The translations under genes and the position numbers were made by a program. Below the pieces are notes generated by a model. It saw only the letters and a list, made by a program, of their open reading frames with translations. It made no database searches and was not told where the DNA came from. Below, piece after piece: positions 27,155-36,211 of a stretch of DNA of 64,000 nucleotides (positions are counted from its first letter, which is position 1; each line of letters opens with the position of its first letter). The stretch covers positions 57,940 through 121,939 of the forward strand of contig CAYOJC010000001.1 of NCBI GenBank assembly GCA_964404195.1, given 5' to 3'. The DNA is from an uncultured Syntrophobacteraceae bacterium. GTDB lineage: Bacteria; Desulfobacterota; Binatia; UBA9968.

Positions 27155-28258
27155 TCAGACCGCGCGAGCGGCTTCCTTCTGCGTGCACCAGGGAATGGCG
27201 TGCCCCATGCGGCAGCGCGCCGACGCCTTGGCCAAAGCTTCCTCGAACACGGCATGAATTCTCCGATCTTCGTCCTCGTATTCGATCTGCGCGCCGCCCT
27301 GCTTGACGCTTTTGTCGGTCGGCGCGTCCTCGTGATTGAACATCGAGAAACGGTAGCGCCAGGTGTTCCAGCGAAGCGCCAGGTAGCGCGCCGGGTCGGC
27401 GCTGGAGTTGAAGTGCTGGTGGAACCATTGGTTGGGCGGCACGACGACGCTGCCCGGCTTCCAGTCGACGCGCATCCGCTCTTTGCCTTCCGGCCAGAGC
27501 AGCGAGTAGCCCTGGCCGGTGAGGATGATGACGTGCGCGCCGGGGCCGTGGCGATGCGCTTTCTTGTAGGTGCCGACGCTGAACTCCGATATGTGCGACA
27601 TCATGATGTTGCCGGCGAGGTCGAACATGACGTGGCGGTTGCCGCCTGCCCCGCGTGCCGGCTTGTCGTAAAGCGGTACCGTGTAGACGTCGGGAACGAA
27701 GTTGACGGAGAGCTTGTCGCCCCAGAGCTGACCGACGCCGCTGAAGTAATCGTTTTCTTCCTCCGGATTGAAGCGGTCGAGAAAAGCGTAATCCGCGTTG
27801 AAGACGAAATCGACGTTATGAAACAAGCTCAGCATGAAAGGCGCGTTGGTCACGGCGAAGTAACGCACCGGCGCGTTGCCCTGGCCGTTGAAGTGTTGGT
27901 ACGAGGCGTTCAAAGGGATGGCAAAGAGGCTGCCGGGATGCCATTCGAAGGTGTGTTTCCTCCCGTCTTTTTGCCAGATGGTGGTGGCCCCGTGGCCTTC
28001 CACGATGAAAACCATCTCTTCATAGAGGTGCCTCTGCGGCTTGAGCGACTTCCCCGGCGGAATGACGCACACGTAGCCGTCGTTGGTCCCTCCCGTGCCG
28101 TCGAGATTAATGAACGCTCCCAGGCCGCCCTTGAGATCCCAGGGCGCGACTTCGACTTTGCGCAGGTCCTCGATGAAAAATCCCCGGTGGATGGGAATTT
28201 TCTGCGCGATCTGCCAGGTCTCGTACGTATCGATCATCTGATCGTCGGTGTATTTCAT
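27155..28258 (-). CDS. bicupin-fold protein (paralog family A, copy 3)
   Basis: MKYTDDQMIDTYETWQIAQKIPIHRGFF… is ~80% identical to copy 1. GGAGG RBS 7 nt upstream of the ATG at 28258. Confidence 0.65.
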   Translation of the reverse strand: MKYTDDQMIDTYETWQIAQKIPIHRGFFIEDLRKVEVAPWDLKGGLGAFINLDGTGGTNDGYVCVIPPGKSLKPQRHLYEEMVFIVEGHGATTIWQKDGRKHTFEWHPGSLFAIPLNASYQHFNGQGNAPVRYFAVTNAPFMLSLFHNVDFVFNADYAFLDRFNPEEENDYFSGVGQLWGDKLSVNFVPDVYTVPLYDKPARGAGGNRHVMFDLAGNIMMSHISEFSVGTYKKAHRHGPGAHVIILTGQGYSLLWPEGKERMRVDWKPGSVVVPPNQWFHQHFNSSADPARYLALRWNTWRYRFSMFNHEDAPTDKSVKQGGAQIEYEDEDRRIHAVFEEALAKASARCRMGHAIPWCTQKEAARAV

Positions 28259-28373
28259 AAACTTCCGCCTCCTCGCTAATCCAAATCGACAAATAGTTTC
28301 GGATCGATCCTTTGTGGAAGAGATCTCTTCCACTCATGAGTTCTTGAATGAAATCATCCGGCGGCTTAGGCAT
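28259..28373 (-). pseudogene. 5' remnant of a second PqqC-like gene (MPKPPDDFIQELMSGR…)
   Basis: The first ~16 codons match the 4760 PqqC-like start (MPKPPDEFVEELLRGR) at both protein and DNA level. The frame then diverges and runs into the bicupin gene. Confidence 0.45.
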
Positions 28374-28448
28374 GGTCTGACCGTTGGTAAGCTTTAACAG
28401 CCGATCGGCAAAGCTCCGGCCCGGCGACCTTGGTAGGCACAGCTATCA

Positions 28449-28476
28449 AAATGGGTTTGGTTTGGCAAGCGGAGGT
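28449..28476. promoter_or_regulatory. 9-bp inverted repeat GGTTTGGCA-N10-TGCCAAACC in the divergent intergenic region
   Basis: A perfect palindrome lies between the minus-strand bicupin/PqqC-remnant genes and plus-strand SBP copy 4. A TATAAA lies ~100 bp downstream. Confidence 0.3.
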
Positions 28477-28634
28477 CTGCCAAACCGGTCCACGATGACT
28501 GTGCGGGAAGCCCTCGTCGGACGCCGTAAGATGACCTGCGTCTTCCGCCTTGGTCCTCTTGCACCGATTTCACCCTGAGTATAAAAGATATGCCTACTGA
28601 ACGTCCTGACACCGGCAAACAAAGGGGGGTCCCA

Positions 28635-30179
28635 ATGAAACTCTTCTGTCTGTTGATTTCGCTGATCTGTTCGGCGGTTCCCTCATGGAGCGGGGCGCAG
28701 GAGAAGCCCCGATCCGGAGGCACGCTCAACGTGGGGATTCACGCCGACCTGTACGGACTGAACCCGTTCGTGCGCATGCGCTCGATCGACCGCAACATTC
28801 GGGCGCTGGTCTATGAGAGCCTGGTCATGATCGACGGCAAAGGCGAGGTGAAGCCGTTTCTGGCCGAGTCGTGGAAAATCTCTCCCGACGGCAAGGAATA
28901 TACTTTCGTTCTCCGCAAAGGAGTGAAATTTCACAACGGCGAGGAGATGACCGCCGAAGATATCAAGTGGGCGGTGGAATACGCCAAGGACCCGCAGCAC
29001 GGCGCGACGGCCAAGCCCAACCTCGACGACGTGGATGCGGTCCGCGTGGTGGACAAATATACCGTTCGGTTCGTCATGAAGCGGCCGGTGGTTTCGTTTC
29101 TCCCGGGGCTCAGCGAATTGGGCGTGCTCTTTGTACTGCCCAAGAATTCCATCCCCACGGGACAGACCAAAGTCCAGGCGATGCCGCCGGGCACCGGCCC
29201 GTTCGCCTTCAAAGAATGGCGCGCCGGCTCGCACGCGACCTTCGAGCGCCACAAGGACTACTGGCAAAAAGGCTATCCTTATCTCGACCGGGTCGTGCTG
29301 AAGCCGGTGCCGGACGCCTCGGCGCGGCTCGCGGCGCTCCGGGCCGGCGATCTCCATATCATCACACGCCTTCCTTCGCAGTGGGTGGCCAAGGTCCAGA
29401 AGGGCGAAATGCCCGAGGTCTCGCTGGTGGCGGCCAAGTACGCCGGCATGAGAGAGCTGTATTTAAATACGGTCCGGCCGCCGTTCGACAATCCCAAGAT
29501 CCGCCAGGCCGTCGTTTATGCCGTGGACAAGCAAAAACTTCTCGAAGGCGCGTATTGGGGCCAGGGAGAAGCGGCGGAAGAGCGCTTTTACAAGGGATCG
29601 CCGTGGAACTTCGGCTTCCCGGAAAGAAAGCGCGACCTGGCAAAATCCAAGGCGCTTCTTAAGGAGGCCGGCTACAAAGGCGAAAAAATCGTCTTCGTTT
29701 CGCGCCAGGGTCAGGATGAAGTCGCGTTCATAGTCCCTATGTTGCAGGAGGCCGGTCTGAATGTGGTGGTGGAGACGCTCGAAGCCGGCACGTATCGGAC
29801 CCGCTCCCGCACCGGCGACTATGACATGAGCCCAGGCGGCGGCGACCTGCCCGCCGATCCCGCGCAGATCGCGGTCGAGTTCATGTGCGACGAGGAGTCG
29901 GTCAAGCTCAAAGCCCGCGATAACAATCGCACGGGCTACTGCAACAAGCAGTTGGACGCGCTGGTGAACCAAGCGGACGGCACGCTCGATCCGAAAAAAC
30001 GAAAAGAGATTTACAAAAAGGCGTTCGAAATTCTCTACAACGAGACGCCGGAAGTATTTCTCGCGTTCGAGCACCGTTATTTCGGCGTCCATCCGACCGT
30101 GCGCGGCTTCGTAACGGATAATAACGAATCCCTGGACACCGCAGAGGGAGGAATCTTCAGGGTTTGGCTGACGAAATAG
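28635..30179 (+). CDS. ABC transporter substrate-binding protein, family 5 (DppA-like), copy 4
   Basis: MKLFCLLISLICSAVPSWSGAQEKPRSGGTLNVGIHADLYGLNPF. AAGGGGGG RBS. The more divergent paralog; it is the one directly upstream of the permease genes. Confidence 0.8.
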   Translation: MKLFCLLISLICSAVPSWSGAQEKPRSGGTLNVGIHADLYGLNPFVRMRSIDRNIRALVYESLVMIDGKGEVKPFLAESWKISPDGKEYTFVLRKGVKFHNGEEMTAEDIKWAVEYAKDPQHGATAKPNLDDVDAVRVVDKYTVRFVMKRPVVSFLPGLSELGVLFVLPKNSIPTGQTKVQAMPPGTGPFAFKEWRAGSHATFERHKDYWQKGYPYLDRVVLKPVPDASARLAALRAGDLHIITRLPSQWVAKVQKGEMPEVSLVAAKYAGMRELYLNTVRPPFDNPKIRQAVVYAVDKQKLLEGAYWGQGEAAEERFYKGSPWNFGFPERKRDLAKSKALLKEAGYKGEKIVFVSRQGQDEVAFIVPMLQEAGLNVVVETLEAGTYRTRSRTGDYDMSPGGGDLPADPAQIAVEFMCDEESVKLKARDNNRTGYCNKQLDALVNQADGTLDPKKRKEIYKKAFEILYNETPEVFLAFEHRYFGVHPTVRGFVTDNNESLDTAEGGIFRVWLTK

Positions 30180-30254
30180 AGGCGAAGGGTTTCCGAAGAA
30201 ACATTTTGCTCGTAGGCGGCATGTGAACCGTTCAGGAATGAAAAGCTGGCCGGC

Positions 30255-31202
30255 GTGATTCTCTACATTCTCAGACGACTCCTTCAACTGATCCCGGTTC
30301 TTTTTATCGCCTCGTTCATTGTTTTTTTTATTATTCATCTGATCCCGGGCGACCCGGTCGAGATCATGCTCGGCGAGGAGCGCTACGACCGGGCGCAGTA
30401 CGAGATTCTGCGTAAAAAAATGAATCTCGACCAGCCGATATACGTCCAGTACCTGACTTGGCTCGGACGCGTCGCGCAAGGAGACCTGGGACAATCGCTG
30501 CGCACGCAGCGGCCCGTCCTCGACACCGTCGTCGAGCGCTTTCCCGCCACGCTTTATCTCGCCCTCGCCTCTCTCATCATAGGCATCGTGATCGCGATCC
30601 CCGCCGGAACACTGGCGGCCGTGAAGCAAAACACTGTCTACGATTACGGCGCCATGGGCTTTGCGCTGTTCGGCATCGCCGTGCCTAATTTTTTTTTCGC
30701 GCTCTTGTTGATCCTGGGCTTCGGCCTTTACCTGGGCTGGTTTCCGACGCTCGGCTACATCGACCCCTCGGCCAACTTCCCGCGCTTTCTCTGGCATCTC
30801 ACGCTGCCGGCCCTGGTGTTGGGAACCGATCTGGCTTCAACGGTGACCCGCTACGTGCGCGCGGAAATGCTCGAGCAGCTCCGGCTCGACTACGTGCGCA
30901 CGGCCAGAGCCAAGGGCGTGCCGCGCCGGCTGGTCATCTATAAACACACGCTGAAGAATTCTTTGATCTCGGCCACGACCGTCATCGGTCTTCAGGTGGG
31001 CCGGCTGCTCGGTGGCTCTACGATCATTGAGACGGTCTTTGCCTGGCCCGGCGTCGCGCGCCTGGTCCTGGAGGCGGTTTACTCGCGCGACTACCCGCTC
31101 CTGCAGGGCGCGGTCTTGTTTCTGGCGTTCACGTACGTGGGCGTGAATCTGGTCGTCGACGTGCTATACAAATGGCTGGACCCGCGCATCTCGCTTAAAT
31201 GA
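30255..31202 (+). CDS. ABC transporter permease (DppB/OppB-like)
   Basis: MILYILRRLLQLIPVLF (GTG start) and multi-TM composition. The stop/start overlaps the next gene. Confidence 0.85.
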   Translation: MILYILRRLLQLIPVLFIASFIVFFIIHLIPGDPVEIMLGEERYDRAQYEILRKKMNLDQPIYVQYLTWLGRVAQGDLGQSLRTQRPVLDTVVERFPATLYLALASLIIGIVIAIPAGTLAAVKQNTVYDYGAMGFALFGIAVPNFFFALLLILGFGLYLGWFPTLGYIDPSANFPRFLWHLTLPALVLGTDLASTVTRYVRAEMLEQLRLDYVRTARAKGVPRRLVIYKHTLKNSLISATTVIGLQVGRLLGGSTIIETVFAWPGVARLVLEAVYSRDYPLLQGAVLFLAFTYVGVNLVVDVLYKWLDPRISLK

Positions 31203-32110
31203 TTACGGCAGAAAGAGAAAAACTTCCCGGGGAACTCCCCGCCGCGACCGAGCTCGGCGCGCTCGGGCAGCGCGTGGGCGCGTCGCTGGTCATTCTCTTG
31301 CGCAATCGGCTCGCAGCTCTGGGGCTGTTCCTCGTCCTCTTGGTTTTGCTCACCGCGCTGTTTGCGCCCTACTTGATAACCCACGATCCGTTCCAAATGA
31401 ATCTGCCCGACCGCCTCAAAGGTTCCTCCGCCGAGCACCTGCTGGGAACCGACATCTACGGCCGGGATATATTAACCCGCCTTATCCTCGGCTCCCGGAT
31501 CGCCATGCGCGTCGCTTTCGGCGCGGTTCTTCTCGCGGTTCTGATCGGGGTCCCCGTAGGCGCCGTCTCGGCGTACGCGGGGGGCTGGACGGACGCCGTG
31601 GTGATGAGGTTCGTCGACGCATTTCTCGCCTTTCCCGGAAGGCTTCTTGCTATTGCGTTGGTGGCCGCCATGGGACCGAGCTTTCTAACCTTTTATTTGG
31701 CGATCGGCTTGACTTCGATACCCGGATATATCCGCGTGGTGCGCGCCACCGTCCTATCGCAAAAAGAGCGGGAATACGTCGAAGCGGCGCGCATGACGGG
31801 CGAGTTCGAATTCCGGATTCTTTTCTTCCAGATACTTCCCAACTGCATCGCGCCGATTCTGGTGCTTGTCAGTCTCGATTTCGCGCACGCCATACTCGTG
31901 GAGTCCTCGCTGAGTTTTCTAGGATTGGGCTTTCCGCCTCCAGCGCCAAGCTGGGGCCTGATGCTCAGCGAAGCGCGCGGGTATATGGAACTCGCGCCTC
32001 ACGTTGCCATTTTCCCGGGTCTGGTGATCTCGCTCGCCATCCTGGGCTTCAATCTTCTCGGCGATGGACTGCGGGATATTTTCGACCCGCGCCAATACGA
32101 ACGGCAATGA
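31199..32110 (+). CDS. ABC transporter permease (DppC/OppC-like)
   Basis: An EAA-like loop and TM-rich sequence. The ATGA overlap indicates translational coupling. Confidence 0.85.
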   Translation: MITAEREKLPGELPAATELGALGQRVGASLVILLRNRLAALGLFLVLLVLLTALFAPYLITHDPFQMNLPDRLKGSSAEHLLGTDIYGRDILTRLILGSRIAMRVAFGAVLLAVLIGVPVGAVSAYAGGWTDAVVMRFVDAFLAFPGRLLAIALVAAMGPSFLTFYLAIGLTSIPGYIRVVRATVLSQKEREYVEAARMTGEFEFRILFFQILPNCIAPILVLVSLDFAHAILVESSLSFLGLGFPPPAPSWGLMLSEARGYMELAPHVAIFPGLVISLAILGFNLLGDGLRDIFDPRQYERQ

Positions 32111-33078
32111 GCGATCCACTGCTCCAGGTCAGAGACCTCACGGTCCAGTTTCAGATAGGGCGCGGCACTCTGATCGCCGTGGATCATGTTTCCTTCACCA
32201 TCCGGGAAAAAGAAACTCTGGGCATCGTCGGCGAAACCGGTTGCGGCAAGAGCGCAACCGCGCTCGCCATCCTTCGCCTCATCGCCTCGCCGCCCGGCGA
32301 GATCGCCGGCGGGCAGATTCTTTTCGAAGGCGAAGATCTGTTGAAGAAGAGCGAGAGAGAGATGGAGAAAATCCGCGGCCGTCGGATATCCATGATCTTT
32401 CAGGAGCCCATGACCTCGCTCAATCCCTCTTTTACCGTCGGCGAGCAGATTGCCGAATGCTATCGGATTCACCTGGGCCACTCCAACAAGGTCGCGCTCG
32501 ACTGGTCCCAGCATATTCTCAGCTCGGTGCGCGTTCCCTCTCCCCGGACCGTCATGGCGCGCTACCCTCATGAGCTCTCCGGCGGCATGCGCCAGCGGGT
32601 GATGATCGCGATGGCGCTCGCCTGCCAGCCCAAGCTGCTGATCGCCGACGAGCCGACCACCGCCCTGGACGTGACCATCCAGGCGCAGATTTTAGAATTG
32701 CTGGAAGAGCTGCAGGAGAAAATGGGCATGGCGCTGCTCTTCATCTCTCATAACCTGGGCGTCGTCGCCCGCCTGTGCGACCGGATCGGCGTCATGTATG
32801 CGGGCTCGCTCGTGGAGCTGGCCGACAAGCGGGAACTGTTCACTTCGCCGCTTCACCCTTACACGATCGGACTCTTGCACGCGTTTCCGCGCCCCGAACG
32901 GCGCGACGAACCGCTGCGCGCGATTCCCGGCAACGTTTGCAATCTGCTCGACGCGCCGAGCGGCTGCCGGTTTCATCCGCGCTGCTTCAAGGCGAGAGAG
33001 ATCTGCAAGGCCGACGTTCCTCCCTTTGAGAAAAAATCCGACAACCACAGGGTCGCCTGTTACTTTCCCGGTGAATGA
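32107..33078 (+). CDS. ABC transporter ATP-binding protein (DppD-like)
   Basis: Walker A GETGCGKS, signature LSGGMRQR, Walker [13 protein letters not shown], and an oligopeptide-type C-terminal extension. Confidence 0.85.
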   Translation: MSDPLLQVRDLTVQFQIGRGTLIAVDHVSFTIREKETLGIVGETGCGKSATALAILRLIASPPGEIAGGQILFEGEDLLKKSEREMEKIRGRRISMIFQEPMTSLNPSFTVGEQIAECYRIHLGHSNKVALDWSQHILSSVRVPSPRTVMARYPHELSGGMRQRVMIAMALACQPKLLIADEPTTALDVTIQAQILELLEELQEKMGMALLFISHNLGVVARLCDRIGVMYAGSLVELADKRELFTSPLHPYTIGLLHAFPRPERRDEPLRAIPGNVCNLLDAPSGCRFHPRCFKAREICKADVPPFEKKSDNHRVACYFPGE

Positions 33079-34049
33079 TGCCGCTTCTCGAAGTCAAAGG
33101 CCTGACGAAGTACTACGACCTCAGCGGCGATCCGCTGAGCCGTCTGTTCCGCGGCACCAAGCTGCTCAAAGCGGTCGATCATATCAACTTCTCGATCGAC
33201 GAAGGCGAGACCTTCGGGCTGGTCGGCGAAAGCGGCTGCGGAAAATCGACCACCGCGCGCCTTATCACGCGCTTGATCGAGACGACCGAAGGAGAAGTGA
33301 TTTTTCAGAACCGAAACATTCTTAGCCTGCCGAAGAAGCGAGTCCGGGAAATCAGGAGCGATATCCAGATGGTCTTTCAGGACCCATTCGCGTCGCTGAA
33401 TCCGCGCATGAAGGTCCTGGAGATCGTCGGCCGGCCGGTGACGCTTTATCAGGGACTCAAGGGGAAAAAGAAACTCGACACGGTCGCCGAGCTTCTAGGA
33501 CTGGTCGGACTCCAGCCGGAGGCCATGCACCGCTATCCGCACGAATTCAGCGGCGGGCAGCGCCAGCGGATCGGCATCGCGCGCGCTCTGGCGGCGAACC
33601 CAAAGCTGATCATCGCCGACGAGCCGGTATCTTCTTTGGACGTTTCGGTCCAGGCGCAAGTTTTGAATCTGTTCAAGAAGCTGCAAAAGGAACTGAAGCT
33701 CACGATGCTCTTCATCTCGCACGACCTCAACGTCGTCGAGTACCTCGCCGACACCGTCGCCGTGATGTACGCGGGAAAGATCATGGAGATCGCGCCCGTG
33801 CAGGAGATTTTTCAATTCCCCAAGCACCCGTACACTCAGGGCCTGATGGCCTCCAACCTGACTCCCGATTCCTTCGAAGTCAAAAAGACGCCCACGCTGA
33901 GGGGCGAAGTCCTTCTGCCGCTGAATCCTCCTCCCGGCTGCCGCCTCGAGCCGCGCTGCCCGATTCGCGTCGAGCGCTGCAAGACCATCGAGCCTCCGCT
34001 CGAACAAAAACGCCCCGGCCACTCTGCCGCGTGTCACGAAGTGACGTGA
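33075..34049 (+). CDS. ABC transporter ATP-binding protein (DppF-like)
   Basis: GESGCGKST, FSGGQRQR, LIIADEPVSSLD. Confidence 0.85.
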   Translation: MMPLLEVKGLTKYYDLSGDPLSRLFRGTKLLKAVDHINFSIDEGETFGLVGESGCGKSTTARLITRLIETTEGEVIFQNRNILSLPKKRVREIRSDIQMVFQDPFASLNPRMKVLEIVGRPVTLYQGLKGKKKLDTVAELLGLVGLQPEAMHRYPHEFSGGQRQRIGIARALAANPKLIIADEPVSSLDVSVQAQVLNLFKKLQKELKLTMLFISHDLNVVEYLADTVAVMYAGKIMEIAPVQEIFQFPKHPYTQGLMASNLTPDSFEVKKTPTLRGEVLLPLNPPPGCRLEPRCPIRVERCKTIEPPLEQKRPGHSAACHEVT

Positions 34050-34095
34050 CGACGGGGTTAAAAAGTAGAATGTCCCTTTTTTCCCGCTTCTTTTG

Positions 34096-34932
34096 TTAGC
34101 CCGCCTTCTTAGGATACGAGAAGACTACATCGCGCGGGCACCAAATTGCTGCGGTATCGTCGCCGAGGGCAACTGTTCTTCCGGCGAGAAACTCCATACC
34201 AACCCAGGCGCAAACCAATGCGTCCAAGGCATCTTCGTACCTCTTTAAATAAACCAATTTCTGTACACTTCCCTCCGCGGGTATCGGGATGTTTAGCGGT
34301 CCGAATGCAGCTGCGAGGGCGCTGTGAATCGCAACAAACTCGGTGAGCAGAGCCTGAATGCGCTGCAGGAGCGTGAACGATGGCCAATAGTCGCGCGACT
34401 TGGAGACTTTGTAGGGTATCCGACGCGAACGCTTCAGCAACGAGAGCAGCGCCGGATGTGGATACACCTCGAGCATACATGGCGCGCCGGCGACGGAAGT
34501 CCCCACCGTGGCGAGTGGGTAGCCGGCTGCGCCGAACGCATTCGAAAGAGCAGCGCCAAGTGGCCCCGGTCGCTTCTGATTAGGACTGTGTGCTGAACAC
34601 CAACACGCTCCGAACTCTGTGGAAATGGCATCGTCTGCTCGTCGCCGGCAAGAAATCGAGACTGTTGCGACAGGCATGTCGATGGTAATGATGTCGATGG
34701 TACATCCAGCAAGCTGCTGCGCAGCTGCGAGCAGCTTGACCACATCTGGAACGCCACCGTGGAAGGTGGGTAGGTCCCAATCAATGCTCCACCCACGCGC
34801 GAGCGCGAGAAATTCATCGTAACTTGGGGCTGCCGCAACGTACCGCCATCCAGATTCCTCGGAGCGAACGACCGCCACGCCACTTGGTTCGGTGGTCGTC
34901 CAGGCCGCGTCGATAGCAAGTATTGTGGGCAT
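34096..34932 (-). CDS. DUF429-family protein (predicted RNase H-like fold)
   Basis: MPTILAIDAAW…ITIDMPV…EVYPHPAL are collinear with the DUF429 family motifs. It is separated from the upstream gene by 34 bp. Confidence 0.6.
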   Translation of the reverse strand: MPTILAIDAAWTTTEPSGVAVVRSEESGWRYVAAAPSYDEFLALARGWSIDWDLPTFHGGVPDVVKLLAAAQQLAGCTIDIITIDMPVATVSISCRRRADDAISTEFGACWCSAHSPNQKRPGPLGAALSNAFGAAGYPLATVGTSVAGAPCMLEVYPHPALLSLLKRSRRIPYKVSKSRDYWPSFTLLQRIQALLTEFVAIHSALAAAFGPLNIPIPAEGSVQKLVYLKRYEDALDALVCAWVGMEFLAGRTVALGDDTAAIWCPRDVVFSYPKKAG

Positions 34933-34965
34933 ATGAGGGGTACTGGGTCGCGCTAACGTCCAAAG

Positions 34966-35913
34966 TCACCGGCCCGCTGTAAGCGGGTCCGGTGCACTGG
35001 TGGGTTGGGCATTGCCTTCGTAGGCGGCGATCGTCCAGCTACAACCGGGATTGACGCCGTTACCGTCGTCATCCTCGAACTTTGTACGCAAACCCGACCG
35101 AGCTTTCATGACCTTCATCTTCTTCGCAGGCGAGAACTCCGCCGGCAGCAGTTGCGTATCGTCGCTTAGTTGGCTCAACAGTCCGAGGTAATGCCGCGTA
35201 TTTTTCTGTTTTGCGGGATCGCCATGCATGTGCTGAAGTCCCGCCTCGATGACTGCGGGTGATAAGAAGTGAGACCAGTTTAGGCACCACCGCACCTCCG
35301 GCTGTTCGGTCGAATCTTTTCTCGGTATCGGCATGCAGTGTAACGGGGAGGACCGCGGCAGATTGTTAGGTCCCGTGTTCCCAAGCAACGACGAAACCAC
35401 AACCTCCTCCGCTTCAGGCAAGAGGACACAACCGGTCCATTGTTGGTTTTCCTCGTCAATTCGCAATCGCTTAAACGCGTTGCTGAGGAAAATCTGGGCC
35501 ACCTCGTCAGCGCAGAAGTCCCCAATACCAATCGAGCCGCGCAACGGAAACTTCTCGGCAAAGAAAATCTCCATCAAGAGTATCGACGCGAACACGAAGC
35601 GATATGCTGACTTGACATCGACCGGATAGGACACCAGCACAAGCGTGTCGAAGACGAACTGACCGTACTCGAAATTAGGTTCAGGTTCGTTGGGACTCCC
35701 CGGCACCGCTCTAGGAGAAAACATGTGCCCTCTAGCGTGACTGATTAGCTCTGCATACCTCGTAGTAGTGCTCTCCAGCCCTTCTCGGGTCTGAATCCGG
35801 TCAGCAAAACCCAACACATCAACCATAGCAATGAGTCGGTTCTCAATATACATATGGTGCTCGATGAGGCGGTGCCCAACGTATAGCGTTTTATCCCCAA
35901 AGCCTGGAAGCAA
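34966..35913 (-). CDS. hypothetical protein with weak class-III nucleotidyl-cyclase/GGDEF-fold-like motifs
   Basis: IAMVDVLGFADRI, FVFDTLVLVS and RGSIGIGDF are weakly reminiscent of the cyclase metal-binding and GxGxHxG segments. There is no confident family assignment. GC is lower than the surroundings. Confidence 0.4.
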   Translation of the reverse strand: MLPGFGDKTLYVGHRLIEHHMYIENRLIAMVDVLGFADRIQTREGLESTTTRYAELISHARGHMFSPRAVPGSPNEPEPNFEYGQFVFDTLVLVSYPVDVKSAYRFVFASILLMEIFFAEKFPLRGSIGIGDFCADEVAQIFLSNAFKRLRIDEENQQWTGCVLLPEAEEVVVSSLLGNTGPNNLPRSSPLHCMPIPRKDSTEQPEVRWCLNWSHFLSPAVIEAGLQHMHGDPAKQKNTRHYLGLLSQLSDDTQLLPAEFSPAKKMKVMKARSGLRTKFEDDDGNGVNPGCSWTIAAYEGNAQPTSAPDPLTAGR

Positions 35914-36211
35914 TCAAGCCTCGGATAGGTTGGCGAAGTGGCGACGGGGGGATAAAACGTGTTGGACTAAACCGCGAAGCAGCGCGTCAGTTGCGGCTAT
36001 GCGGATTGTAAAGTGACGCAGCGGCGCAGAGTGGAGTGCTGTGTTGGCAATCGAACGGCGTGTGGGTGAAGGTCGAGTTCGACGCTGATAGATTTTCCGT
36101 GATTACCACGGTGCCATGGGGTTTGGCAGCCACTTCTTGGTGTCGGCAGACACACCTGTGCGAAGAGGGCAAGTTGAGAGTTAAAGAAGCACAAGAGCCG
36201 TTGAGTTTTTC

